Source of the DNA: Aureliella sp.
GTDB taxonomy: Bacteria > Planctomycetota > Planctomycetia > Pirellulales > Pirellulaceae
Length of the DNA stretch: 64,000 nt
NCBI GenBank assembly: GCA_963691875.1
Contig: OY829846.1
Span: 3,936,001 to 4,000,000 of the forward strand
Reading direction: 5' to 3'
This document shows, piece by piece, positions 48,042 to 58,662 of the stretch. Made by a program: the position numbers and the translations under genes. Each line of letters opens with the position of its first letter. The stretch's first letter is position 1. The notes under the pieces were generated by a model, which was not told the origin of the DNA, did no database searches, and saw nothing but the letters and a program-made list of their open reading frames with translations.

Positions 48042-49052
48042 CTACTTCATCCGCCACCAACTCTCCGGTAAAAGCTTCAGCTCTTTCGCTTTACTCTCTA
48101 TTTCGCTGCGAAAGCGAGCGGCATCTACTGGATAGCCAGCCGTTGCCTTGATGCCAGGAATCTGTTCCGCCCAATAGGAATTGAAGGCTTCCATCATCCT
48201 TTCGCGCGTGTACTTGGCCATCATGGACGCGAGTGCCGTTGGCGGAAAGCTATCACCGCCAACCGAGAAATGAATCGTGAGATTGCCTGCCATGTTGCGG
48301 TACGTACATCTCTCCGGCGAGATCCGAACTTCTTGAAACCAGTGCTCTGGCATCGCCTCAGACAGCACAGGCATGTAGTTTTTTCGGCCACCCTGCCGGT
48401 CGCAGAAGATCTCGACCTCGTCCGCCTCCCCCGCCAGCAATTCGGCGACCAAGTGCAGTGTCTGAAGTGAGAGAAGTTGCCCCTTTGAACCAAGTTTTGC
48501 CACTTCTTCGTTAAATTTTTTCTCAGAGATGAGATAAAAACGAGTCTGCGGTAACTCTATTTCTTGGTCGGAAAGAACTCGTTCGGCAAATTTGCTTAGA
48601 CGCCTAACCTCTTCCTTTGATTGGACCGCGGGAATGGGTTGGTTTCTTAAATTGTCATACCAAGGCATTTCGGACACGTTCAGTCCCGTTCCATCTGAGG
48701 CAGGAATACTCACCTCGAGGTTTTCACGCCAACTCTGGCAATTAACAGGAGGTTCTTTGCCGAGCATTGCGAGCAGCCCAGTTTCAAGCGTTTGTATTCC
48801 CTTCGCTGGCGAGAACAACTTCTTCGAGTCAGCCAATGGAATATGCTTACAATCTGATCGATAGGGCTTGGCAGCGAAAAGGGAGCTGAGATTATCAAAA
48901 TCAGATTCATTGAAATCGACAGGCACATCCCACATTGAAGCCGCAATGAGAAGCGGTCCCAAATTTGGCCCGTATCCTGCCTCATCCGCGCCGATAATTT
49001 GCTTGCGTTTGCCCCGTCTCACGGGCACGGTACCACGTTCAGATTTCTTCAA
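48042..49052 (-). CDS. Ribonuclease HII-like protein (atypical, with insertions)
   Basis: 336 aa. GADEAGYGPNLGPL, DSKKL, DRQGGR, ALASMMAKYTRE, GYP. Confidence 0.8.
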   Translation of the reverse strand: MKKSERGTVPVRRGKRKQIIGADEAGYGPNLGPLLIAASMWDVPVDFNESDFDNLSSLFAAKPYRSDCKHIPLADSKKLFSPAKGIQTLETGLLAMLGKEPPVNCQSWRENLEVSIPASDGTGLNVSEMPWYDNLRNQPIPAVQSKEEVRRLSKFAERVLSDQEIELPQTRFYLISEKKFNEEVAKLGSKGQLLSLQTLHLVAELLAGEADEVEIFCDRQGGRKNYMPVLSEAMPEHWFQEVRISPERCTYRNMAGNLTIHFSVGGDSFPPTALASMMAKYTRERMMEAFNSYWAEQIPGIKATAGYPVDAARFRSEIESKAKELKLLPESWWRMK

Positions 49053-49183
49053 TGAATCCTCTTCGTTTTCATGGCTTTTGGGGGGAACGTTGCCAATAAT
49101 GGCAGGGTGCTACGAGCTCTGTCTTTGCCGCCAGATCTACATCGTTTGATTTTACGTCGGAACTTGCTTTCCACGAGTCCTCC

Positions 49184-52100
49184 ATGATGAATTTGCCTTG
49201 CTTGAAATACTTGCGCGAATTGCTTGCCTTGCTATGCATCGCATTTCTATGCACCCACACAACGGCACAAGATGTCATTATTTCACCTGATGGTGTCCCA
49301 GTGTCCCTTCCACCAGGAACAAACGTTAGTCCAGAAATGCTGCAGCAGATACAGCAGAGAGCTGGCGCCGCAGCGCCGACTCCGCAAGCTGGGAAGCCCT
49401 CCGCGAATCCAGGCAAGAAAGTCGACAAGTCTGCCGGCAAGCCAGATGGCAAGAAGAAGCCAGAAGATGAAAAGCCCAAAGGTCCGCCAGAGAATGTCAA
49501 GCGATCATCAGAGCCGCCGGAGAAGCCCAATCCGGAAGAACTGAAAGTCACCGCCGACAACGATGGCTTATTGAGTTTTCAGTTTCGCAACCAGCCCTGG
49601 CTAGATGTGCTGGCATGGTATGCGGATGCATGCGAGCTTTCTTTCGATTGGCAAGAGCTTCCAGGTGACTACATCAACTTAGCCACTCAGCGACCACACA
49701 CGCTGCAAGAAACAGGAGACATGATCAATCGCGCGCTGCTCATGCGTGGTTTCACGATCCTAGAAAATGATGAAACACTCTTGGTAGCCAAGATCGAGGG
49801 CCTCAATCCATCTTTGGTTCCGCGCGTGCGACCGGACGAATTACCAGATCTACCGCCGCATAAGTTTGTTCGCACTTCCTTTCCATTGTCTTGGCTCCTA
49901 GCGGAGGAAGTACATTCCGAGTTTGCCTCTATGATCAGCAAGAACGGAAAGCTATAACCCTTGCAATCTACCAATCGTTTAGAAGGCATGGACGCCGTAG
50001 CAAACTTGCGAGACATACACGATATCTTGCAACAAGAGCAGTCAGCGCTTGCCATGGAGAAATTAGCAAAGGAGTTTCCACTTAAGTTTGCCCGAGCTTC
50101 ATTCGTCAAGCAACAGCTAGAAACCTTTCTAGGAATTCAGAGTTCCACCTCCAGTTCGCGCGGCGGATACTCGTCCTCTTTAAGTATGCGCGCGATGTAG
50201 CAAATGCAACAACAGATTCAGCAACAAATGCAACAGATGCAACGTAGTAAGTCTGGCGGTGCTGCTGGAGCGGCTCGCAAGCCGCGGTCGGATCGAGTTT
50301 ATCTCGTCGCCAACGACCGAAGTAACAGCGTGATCGTCCACGCACCACCCAATAAACTTGCCATCATTGCCGCGTTCATTGCTCGAATGGATGTTCGGAA
50401 TGAGAATGCTGCCGACTTTGAGCGTTTGAAGACGCGCACTGCCGTCTTCCGTTTGGCATCGCTGAGTCCCGAGGAGGTGGTGGAAACCTTAAATGCGATG
50501 GATGCGCTCGAGCCCACCACGCGTTTGCAGGTCGATTCCAATCAGAACGCTATCATCGCCTACGCTTCGGTAGCGGATCAGTACATCATTCGCTCGATCA
50601 TTGATCGGTTGGATGGCTCAGCTCGCGAACTTCAAGTCATCACCCTTCGTCGCTTGGATGCCGCCTCCGTCGCAGGTAGCATCAAGTCTTTGATGGGAGT
50701 CGAGGAGAAGAAAAAGAGCACACGCACCTACTACGACCCATGGAGTTATGGTTATGGGTACGGTGGTGGTAGCAGCCGAAATCAAAACAGTGATCGCGAC
50801 AAAATGCAGATTGCTGCAAACGTCCAAGACAACCAGCTGCTTCTGTGGGTCAACGATATTGAATTTGAGGAGATCCAAGACTTCCTGGTGAAACTTGGTG
50901 AGATCCCAGCCAAGGATGAGGCACCTCGTACGTTGCGAGTCATCGATGCTTCGAAACAACCGGAGACCTACGAGTATCTCAAACGCCTGAAAGAGCAGTG
51001 GGATCGCGTCTCGCCCAATCCATTGGTTCTCCCAGACAAGTCGGAGTTTGCCGCACCAAGAACTGAATTTGCGGATGCATCCGGGGAAACCATCTCGGAA
51101 GAAGAAGCTTCGCCAGAGAGTGAGAAGAAGCCGGAAGCCACTGACTCAGAAAACAAACAGCAAAAGAAGGCGTTAGACTCGTCAGAAGAGATCAATCAGG
51201 TCACGGCTAATCAGAACCCACATTCGCGACGAGCAATGGTTCTGCTAACCGGTTTGATCTCTCCACCTCAAGAAGGAGCAGCCGAGGCAAGAAAAACGAG
51301 CTCCGACCAAATCAAAGCCAAGGCTTCCCAAACCGACCGATCGGGATTGGAAAAAGCTCAGGATGGACCACCACCGGTGAAGATCTTTCTCGATCAATCC
51401 GGACGCTTGATCATCCAGTCTGAAGATACGGATGCTCTTGACCGACTTGAAAACATCATGCGTCGCAACAGGCCGCCCCAACGACCGTACCATGTTTTTG
51501 AGGTCAAGCACGCTCGGGCGAGCTGGGTAACGCTTAACCTAAAAGAGTACTTCGAAAAAGAAGATTCTAACCGCCCCAGCATTTTCGCGTTCTTTGGCGA
51601 CGACTTCGGGGGCAACGACGACAAAGAAGCACAACTCGGCGAAAAACCACCTCTCCGCTTTATCTGGGACAACGACACCAACACCATCGTTGTGCAAGGT
51701 GCCGACGAAGACGACTTGGATGTGATTCGAGACCTGATCAAGCTCTGGGATATCCCGGAGAAGATTGACACAAGTCGCATTCGATACACGAAATTGATCA
51801 AAGTGAGATACTCGCGGGCGGATCGGATCGTCGCCACGATCAAAGGTGCCTTTCGCGACTTGCTCAGTGCCAACGACAAAACCTTTGAAGGTGGCGACGG
51901 AGAAGAAGAAAGTAAACGAAATGGCGGAGGATCCGGTGCTCAAGGTGGGGGTTTTAACTTCTCGGGACTTAAGGGGAAGCTATCCCTTGAACCCGAGACC
52001 ATTACCAACTCCGTTCTAGTCCACGTCGAAGGCGAAGACTTGCTGAAGATCATGGAAGAGATCATCAAGGAACTGGACGAAGCTGCCAAGGACGCTGGCT

Positions 52101-52312
52101 CCATCGGTTACTACTCCGTTTCCGGCGGACTCAGTGGAGCTTCACTGAAGAAGGCAATCGCGGCTGCAATTTCACCCAATCTTCCTAAGGCCAAACCATC
52201 CAACCAACAACAGCAGCAACAACAGAACATGGAAGCTCAACAACAAATCAACCAAGCGAAGTTTGAAGCATCTGCGGTTCCGTCGGGTCGCTCTCGTGGA
52301 AGAAATCGCTAG
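49184..52312 (+). pseudogene. Secretin N-terminal (NolW-like) repeat protein interrupted by two in-frame stops
   Basis: ORFs 49184-49957, 49961-50200 and 50204-52312 share one frame and are separated only by TAA (49955-49957) and TAG (50198-50200). Contains an N0-like FQFRNQPWLDVLAW segment and repeats NDRSNSVIV, DSNQNAII, DNDTNTIVV, ETITNSVLV. Confidence 0.8.
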
Positions 52313-52343
52313 CTAGTCATCAATAGCGCACTGCAGGTTGTTT

Positions 52344-53822
52344 CTAGAGATCTTTTTCCGTAGGTGGAAAGCGTTTGCGACCGTCGCTGTTGACGGGCTC
52401 TCCACTTCGCATGCTCCACCACTCACCGCGACGCTCCGCGTTGAAGTTCAGATTCCGGATCGGCATCCGAGCGAGGACCTGATTTCGCCAATGCTGTAGC
52501 TTGCGCCGTAGATCTGCTGCTCGACCGACTTTCTCTTTGGCCAGATTCTGCGTTTCACCAATATCCTCGGACAAGTTGTAAAGTTCGATGTCCCCGCTTC
52601 CGTCCAAGTACTCGATCAGCTTCCAATCTCGCTCGCGAATGGCGCTCGCCGGGCGATCATGATGATAGTGCGGGTAATGCCAGTGCAAAGCATTGCGGTC
52701 TAGTCTCGAATCAGGAGAGGAGAGGAGAGGCAATAAATTGCTACCGTCGATCGTTTGAGTCGTCGGTAGTTCGCCACCGGCGGCAGCCACGAAGGTCGGA
52801 TAAAAGTCATGGGATATGGTCGGCTCCCCACATTCAGCACCAGCTTGCACCTTGCCAGGCATCGTGACGATCAAAGGCACTCGAATTCCGCCTTCGTGCA
52901 AAGCCCCTTTCTCACCTTTAAGGGGAGCCAAACTGGTCACATCGTCGTCTGCATGAGCACGATAGTCATAACGACGATAGAGCCCGCCATTGTCAGAGGT
53001 GAACACAATCATGGTGTTGTCGCTAAGCCCAAGTGCTTCAACTTCATCCATGATCAGACCGACCATGTTGTCGACTTCTTCCAGCATCGCCGCGTAAATC
53101 GGACTTGGGATAACTCGTTTCTGCTCCTCCGCGCGTTTGCGATACTTGTCGACCAACTCGGACTTCCCTGCCAGCGGTATGTGAACTGCAAAGGGTGAGA
53201 GCATTAAGAAGAAGGGCTCTTCCTTACTTTCGCGCAAGAACTTGACGCACATCTCGGTTTCGAATTCGGTTCGAAACTGATTTGCCTTCGGCTTCAAGTC
53301 TTGGCGACCGGACACGCGATACTTACCAGGCAGGTGAGCTCCGTTGATCTCCACCGCAAAGTCGTAGCCTTGCAGCTGCGGACCATGCGTTTGATGCTGG
53401 CCTAAATGCCACTTGCCCACATAACCAGTGCGATAGCCGGATGGCTTGAGCGCCTCTGCGATGGTAATTGTGTCCAGCGGCAAGCCCATTGCCGTCAGAG
53501 GTGTTGATACCGTCTCGAACGGCCGCCAGTGTCCTGGGATATGAGCTGTGATGCCGATGCGAGCTTGATTCTGTCCGGACTGAACAGCGCAACGCGTCGG
53601 AGAGCACACTGCTCCCGCGGCATAAAAATTGGTAAACCGAACTCCTTCACGCGCGAGTTTGTCGATCCTGGGCGTCTCGACAAAGTCATTTCCGTAACAA
53701 CCGAGGTCCTTCCATCCCAAGTCGTCGATCATGATGAAAATGATGTTTGGTCGCTCTGCGGCGGAAGCTAGGTTGCAACAGGAGCAGAGGAGGGCGATCG
53801 AAATGATTGCAAGGAAATTCAT
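52344..53822 (-). CDS. Formylglycine-dependent (S1) sulfatase
   Basis: 492 aa. PNIIFIMIDDLGWKD, CSPTR, GKWHLG, SDNGG, HYPHYH. Confidence 0.95.
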   Translation of the reverse strand: MNFLAIISIALLCSCCNLASAAERPNIIFIMIDDLGWKDLGCYGNDFVETPRIDKLAREGVRFTNFYAAGAVCSPTRCAVQSGQNQARIGITAHIPGHWRPFETVSTPLTAMGLPLDTITIAEALKPSGYRTGYVGKWHLGQHQTHGPQLQGYDFAVEINGAHLPGKYRVSGRQDLKPKANQFRTEFETEMCVKFLRESKEEPFFLMLSPFAVHIPLAGKSELVDKYRKRAEEQKRVIPSPIYAAMLEEVDNMVGLIMDEVEALGLSDNTMIVFTSDNGGLYRRYDYRAHADDDVTSLAPLKGEKGALHEGGIRVPLIVTMPGKVQAGAECGEPTISHDFYPTFVAAAGGELPTTQTIDGSNLLPLLSSPDSRLDRNALHWHYPHYHHDRPASAIRERDWKLIEYLDGSGDIELYNLSEDIGETQNLAKEKVGRAADLRRKLQHWRNQVLARMPIRNLNFNAERRGEWWSMRSGEPVNSDGRKRFPPTEKDL

Positions 53823-53952
53823 GGTTCGCTACTTAAGTTAAGAAGTGCTCGGCGATCATTCCAGAACCAACTCTTCCTTTCAAGCTCAGCAAGGAACTGA
53901 GGGGCTCAGAAGGGCCCAACGGAAAGTGATGTTCAGACAATCTTCTGAAAAG

Positions 53953-56900
53953 CTATTCGAAGCAGATTAACTGTCCGTCGAGCGTCGACAAGAACAGTTT
54001 GCCATTAGCACCAGCCAAACCGTCCCAGGTTGGAAGAACATCGAGTTGTAACTCCTTGTCGATCTTACCGGTAACTGTATTCACGACCAGCAATTTACCG
54101 CCTTGTTGACCATCAAGAACTTCGTCTTGCTTGGCCAGCAAGGCTTGTACCTTGGGATCGTCTTCGGTCAGGCCCTTGAATGTTTCTTCTTCGTTGATGA
54201 TGTCCGGCGGGCCAACTAAAAACAGTCGGTAGTCTGACAGCGTCATGGCTCGTACGTAGATCGGCAGATCCTGAGTCCACTTTGGCTTGACGAGCGAGTT
54301 GCCTTGGTTGACCGGCTTGCCTCCACCCTTCTTGCCCGGAGAAAACTGCAGTGCCTTGCCAAATTTTCCATCGACGATTCTTGCGCCTTTGACCGTTCCG
54401 CTGTTGCGGCTGAGCGAATGGTCGCGAGCACTTCCGTCATCGAAGCTTGCTGCTAGGACTGCGGTATTGCCAAGTTCCGAACCGTCTTCGAAACGCTTGG
54501 CAATGTCTTCGTCGGAGAAAGTCTGGAAGTACAGACGCGGCTCGTCGACGATTCCTGATAGAGTCGCCGGTGAAGCATACTCACCGACCGCCGTGCCTTC
54601 GTCGGCACCAACTTCCATCCCCTGTGCTGGATCGGCTGGGATCATCCCGTTTGCCGCTCCCTCAGCAACTAGTTTACCGTCCACATAGAGTCTTATCTTC
54701 TTTTCCTCGGTCAGCACGCCGACAAGATGATGCCAGCCGCCGATCAATCGCTTTCCGCCGGTGACTTCACTCAACTTGAAGTCGCTACGAAGTGAGAAAA
54801 CCGCTTTGCCTTGCTTCAAACTCAAAGCAAAACCGTGCGTCGGACCACCACGAGCCACTACCACTCCATTTGGCTTTGTCGCAGTCATCCAAGCTTCGAT
54901 CGTGATGGGTTTGTCCGTAGGATCGAGGCTCGGCGATTTCGGAAACTGAGCAAAAGAGCCACTCACGCCGCCTTTGCCTTTTTGCTTGATGAAACCTTCT
55001 GGAATCTCAGGCGGATTGGGCTCGGCCGCAAATAGCTGATGCTCCAGCGTTGTCGTCCAACGCAGATATTCTGGCTTGCGACCATAGCCAAAGACGTAGC
55101 CATCGCCCTTGACCAGTAGCCGCCCAGAGGGAGCAAAACGCCCCGCCTGGTAGTAGCCGCCGTGCCCTCCAGCAAAACTCTGCCCCATCACCCAATAGGA
55201 ACGGTGGAACCAGGTATCGTCAAGGAAACCCATCGGTGCAAATATATGCGCATCTTCTCCACGCTGCTTGCTTGCCTGCGTCGCAAAATCGCCCGAATTA
55301 GGTCCGATCTCCAGTCGGTTACCCTCTAAGTCGAACTTCTGCGATTTCATGAAGACATGCTTGCCGTCAAAAGAAAGGATGTCGGGCAAGCCAACCGGCA
55401 TTTGCAGAATCTCAAGCTTCTCTTGCAAGTTGTTTCCAGTGTCGGGATTCTTCTCATCGATAACTGTCTCAGAAATCTTTGCACCGTCGGCCAAGTTGAG
55501 TCGAATCAAACGCAAGCCGCCATCCAGGAAGTTGGATCGTCCTGCAACGCAGTAAACCTCCGAATCGCGAATAAGCACACTTCCATGCACGGGCCACAGC
55601 GATTCGAGCTGTTCGTAGGCCATCGTCCGCCGGTCAATTGGGGCCGCTCGATAGCGCCAAATCAGTGCTCCATCATTGGCCCTCAAGCAGTACACCCAAC
55701 CATCGGTCGCCCCAAAGACGATTCTCCCCTCGGCAACGGTTGGCGGTGAATCGACTCGAGCACCAGCGGTAAACCTCCACTGTTCGTCACCTGTAGCCTC
55801 GTTGAGCGCATACACCGTGTGTGTGTCAATTTGCGAGATAAACACCGATCCGCCGGCGATGACAGGTGCCGTCAATCGTCCGCCCAAATCGGCTTGCCAT
55901 CGTGTTTCAACTTGGCCACCAATCTTGGTCGAAGTATTACCGCTTCGCGCTGCATCGTGACGATAAGTCGGCCAATCCTGCGTACCAATCTTAAACTCGC
56001 CGATCTCCGCTCCGAAGGCAGTGCCTTTCTCAAGTCGCCCTTGCTCATCGACTTCGGTTGGAATGGGTCGCGTTGGAGCCGTCGGTGCCAGCGCGTTGAA
56101 GCCAAACAATTTGGCTTCTGGATAGCAAGCACAATTGTGCGGAGGCGCGTAGGTCAGACCGTTGCAAGGCATTACACCGTACAGACAGCCACCGCGAACC
56201 CAGTGGTGAATATCCCAATGCTCCTCGTTCGGATCGACAAACTCGATACCTGTGCGAGATGGCATCAAGAAATTGTTCGTCGCCTTGGCAATGTAGCAGC
56301 GGTGGTGGAACCAATACGTTTCCACATCGGGCGGGAATTCCTTCTTGATTTCACCCGTTTTAGGATCACGTCCCGTGAATACTCCAGTATCTTTGCCAGA
56401 AGTCGTGGGAGCGCACCAAACGAGACCTTTCATGACCATCAAGTCTTGAGGCGACTGGTAACCAGACTTGGGATGCTCTGCCTCCCACAGCACTTTGCCC
56501 ACTTTCTTGTCAAAGCTAAGCATCTTTCCGTCGCCGCCAGCGTAGAGGACGACTTCTTCATGTGCCACCAACCTTGGACCAAAGTTGAAAGTGAAGGACT
56601 CGCGGCGGGTGACTTCGTCGCTTTCCCAAGCCAGCTCGCCGCTTCCTTGGTGCACACTTACAATCTGATTGCCGTTATGGAAGTAAAGTTTCTCGTCGTC
56701 CGCGGCTAAAGTGAGGGGCGATATCTTGGTTTGTTTGGCCCAGAGCTGTTTACCACTCTTCACATCAAAAGCCATCAGCACACGAGGCTCTTCGTTCCAG
56801 AACAGCTTGCGTACGGCAGCTTGATCCCCGACTCGTCCGTTGACTGGCAAATAGTCGGCCAACTCGGCTTTACCCTTGCGCACAACCAAAAACAATTTGT

Positions 56901-57852
56901 CGCCGCGATGGATAATCTCCTCGGTGCCTTCGGAGTCCTTAAACGTGGTTTCTGTCTCGCCGGTTTCTGTACTGAGTGCGCTTGCGGCGGCGGCGTACCC
57001 CAAGGTCACGAACACGCGATCGCTGCTAGAAACCAATCGACGTGAAAGCTGTGTGGGTCCGCTCTTCAACGGCCACATATGACTTTGCCAGGTAGGAATA
57101 TCACGCTTCCAAAGCACAGAGCCATTGAATGCATCGCGAGCAACCAGCTTCCATTTGGGTGGCAATTGAATAGAGATCCGGCTGCCCTCATCCATGATGT
57201 AAAACATCTTTCCACCGGAAGAAACCAACGCACTCATGCTGGCCATGCGGTCATGGTGCCGGGACCAGCGTGGGCTGCCGACCCATTGCAAATGCCGCGG
57301 CGGTCCAACGACGTCATCATCCGCCACCGAGTTGCCCGTGGAATCGTGCAAGTAGTGGGTCCATTCGTCGATGTCGTCTGGAACTGGTTTGACGATCTTC
57401 TCCCACTCGTCTCCTTTCTTGAGCAGAGCCACACCATTTGGAACCAGCACTCGCAGCAGCTCGTCGCGAGAGACTGCTTCGCGGTCTTCGGCGATCAATA
57501 AGTTGACCAGATTGTCGACGTAGGGTAGCTCTTTTGTGGCCAGAACATCGACGGCAACTTCCCCGTTGATGCCTGCGGCCACTAAATCAGTGCGAATCTG
57601 CTTGGCGACTTCTACATCAGTGGTGAGAGCGTGGACTTGAATCGATGGCTTCGTTTTCAGCGCTTGGGCAAGTTGAGAGTCCTGAGCACCAAGATGAACA
57701 AAAAAGCCGGCTGACACACCCGACTTCTCAATGATCCCTGGGGCGATCGGAGCCCTGGTTTCGGCAAGCAGCGAACCGCAAAGACCGACCCCAACTAGAA
57801 AGACTTTAGCGATTGGCAAAGAAATGCGGCTGACTAGCGTGGATAACCACAT
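53953..57852 (-). CDS. Large secreted protein: methyltransferase-like domain + PQQ beta-propellers + inserted LamG-like domain
   Basis: About 1300 aa from ATG 57852 (the track extends it to 58065). LPYVDNLVNL..RVLVPNG; WTHYLHD, WPTYRHD, VDSPPT propeller starts; HHRCY/GGC/HNCAC cluster; WHHLVGV..RLYVDG LamG motif. Confidence 0.85.
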   Translation of the reverse strand: MWLSTLVSRISLPIAKVFLVGVGLCGSLLAETRAPIAPGIIEKSGVSAGFFVHLGAQDSQLAQALKTKPSIQVHALTTDVEVAKQIRTDLVAAGINGEVAVDVLATKELPYVDNLVNLLIAEDREAVSRDELLRVLVPNGVALLKKGDEWEKIVKPVPDDIDEWTHYLHDSTGNSVADDDVVGPPRHLQWVGSPRWSRHHDRMASMSALVSSGGKMFYIMDEGSRISIQLPPKWKLVARDAFNGSVLWKRDIPTWQSHMWPLKSGPTQLSRRLVSSSDRVFVTLGYAAAASALSTETGETETTFKDSEGTEEIIHRGDKLFLVVRKGKAELADYLPVNGRVGDQAAVRKLFWNEEPRVLMAFDVKSGKQLWAKQTKISPLTLAADDEKLYFHNGNQIVSVHQGSGELAWESDEVTRRESFTFNFGPRLVAHEEVVLYAGGDGKMLSFDKKVGKVLWEAEHPKSGYQSPQDLMVMKGLVWCAPTTSGKDTGVFTGRDPKTGEIKKEFPPDVETYWFHHRCYIAKATNNFLMPSRTGIEFVDPNEEHWDIHHWVRGGCLYGVMPCNGLTYAPPHNCACYPEAKLFGFNALAPTAPTRPIPTEVDEQGRLEKGTAFGAEIGEFKIGTQDWPTYRHDAARSGNTSTKIGGQVETRWQADLGGRLTAPVIAGGSVFISQIDTHTVYALNEATGDEQWRFTAGARVDSPPTVAEGRIVFGATDGWVYCLRANDGALIWRYRAAPIDRRTMAYEQLESLWPVHGSVLIRDSEVYCVAGRSNFLDGGLRLIRLNLADGAKISETVIDEKNPDTGNNLQEKLEILQMPVGLPDILSFDGKHVFMKSQKFDLEGNRLEIGPNSGDFATQASKQRGEDAHIFAPMGFLDDTWFHRSYWVMGQSFAGGHGGYYQAGRFAPSGRLLVKGDGYVFGYGRKPEYLRWTTTLEHQLFAAEPNPPEIPEGFIKQKGKGGVSGSFAQFPKSPSLDPTDKPITIEAWMTATKPNGVVVARGGPTHGFALSLKQGKAVFSLRSDFKLSEVTGGKRLIGGWHHLVGVLTEEKKIRLYVDGKLVAEGAANGMIPADPAQGMEVGADEGTAVGEYASPATLSGIVDEPRLYFQTFSDEDIAKRFEDGSELGNTAVLAASFDDGSARDHSLSRNSGTVKGARIVDGKFGKALQFSPGKKGGGKPVNQGNSLVKPKWTQDLPIYVRAMTLSDYRLFLVGPPDIINEEETFKGLTEDDPKVQALLAKQDEVLDGQQGGKLLVVNTVTGKIDKELQLDVLPTWDGLAGANGKLFLSTLDGQLICFE

Positions 57853-58063
57853 AGTGGTGCTCCTGGAGCGGCGGGATGTAAAGGTAAGAATCTTACAGAA
57901 AAAGACCTTTGCAGGCTGGAAACGAGTATAACAGAGTGATCCTCTCATGAACTCTTCCCTGCTAACACGAGCGTGAGGCGTCGGCCTAGCCGCAGCGAGA
58001 CGAGCTTTTCTTAACGTCTTGACAACATGCGTTACAATGTCTTCGTATAGAAAGGAAACTAGC

Positions 58064-58462
58064 ATGGCTGAAGTATTCGCAGACTCCGTGAGATTTTCGG
58101 GCGAGGAACTTGATCTGGCTCAACTCTTCAAGGCTTATGGCTTGGATTGGACGCCAGAGGTTGGTCACTATGTCTTGGATCAGAGTGAGTTGATTGAATG
58201 CGAGTCGCCCTTCCAGGATCGCGTTTTCTTCATTCTGGATCTTAAGCACTTTCTGCGCCGTAGCGAGACGATTGAGAACCTTAAAGAACGAGTTTGCTGG
58301 CTACCGACTTGGGAGCAAATGCGACAACTTCTGCGCGAGCACGATGTATCCGACCAAACTGTTGTCGAACATCTTGAACTCACGCAGGCCATTGGAAGAG
58401 GCACCGAGAGACTCGAACTTTACCGATTGTTCGAAGAACGCCTCACCGGCGGCTTGATGTAG
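58064..58462 (+). CDS. Hypothetical protein
   Basis: AAAGGA RBS then ATG at 58064; 132 aa with globular-looking composition (WTPEVGHYVLD, WLPTWEQ). Confidence 0.75.
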   Translation: MAEVFADSVRFSGEELDLAQLFKAYGLDWTPEVGHYVLDQSELIECESPFQDRVFFILDLKHFLRRSETIENLKERVCWLPTWEQMRQLLREHDVSDQTVVEHLELTQAIGRGTERLELYRLFEERLTGGLM

Positions 58463-58662
58463 CCCGTTAGGGGAAGCTCGCACCCTAGTAGAGCGAATAG
58501 CGGCGAATCTTTGGCGCTGCCTCCTATGCATCCGGTTTCTTGATTGCCCGTTTCCTGAAGTGATTCTAAGCGGGGGAACCTTGGCTGTTCGATAGACTTG
58601 GCTCTGGCCTTTGCGAAGAATTCGAGCGACAATGGACCTTTGCATTTCGCTGTCTCGGCAAA

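Noticed and set aside
49955..50200. Stop-codon reassignment (TAG/TAA read as Gln) as the explanation for the in-frame stops
   Set aside because: TAG and TAA end many clearly complete genes here (TAG for mfd, trkH, the sulfatase at 52344 and the M28 peptidase; TAA for trkA, hflK, hflC), and another remnant also carries frameshifts.
55819..56709. 296-aa plus-strand ORF and similar long antisense ORFs (e.g. 35724-36371, 36552-37202, 40993-41673)
   Set aside because: Fully antisense to well-supported genes and without motifs; shadow ORFs.
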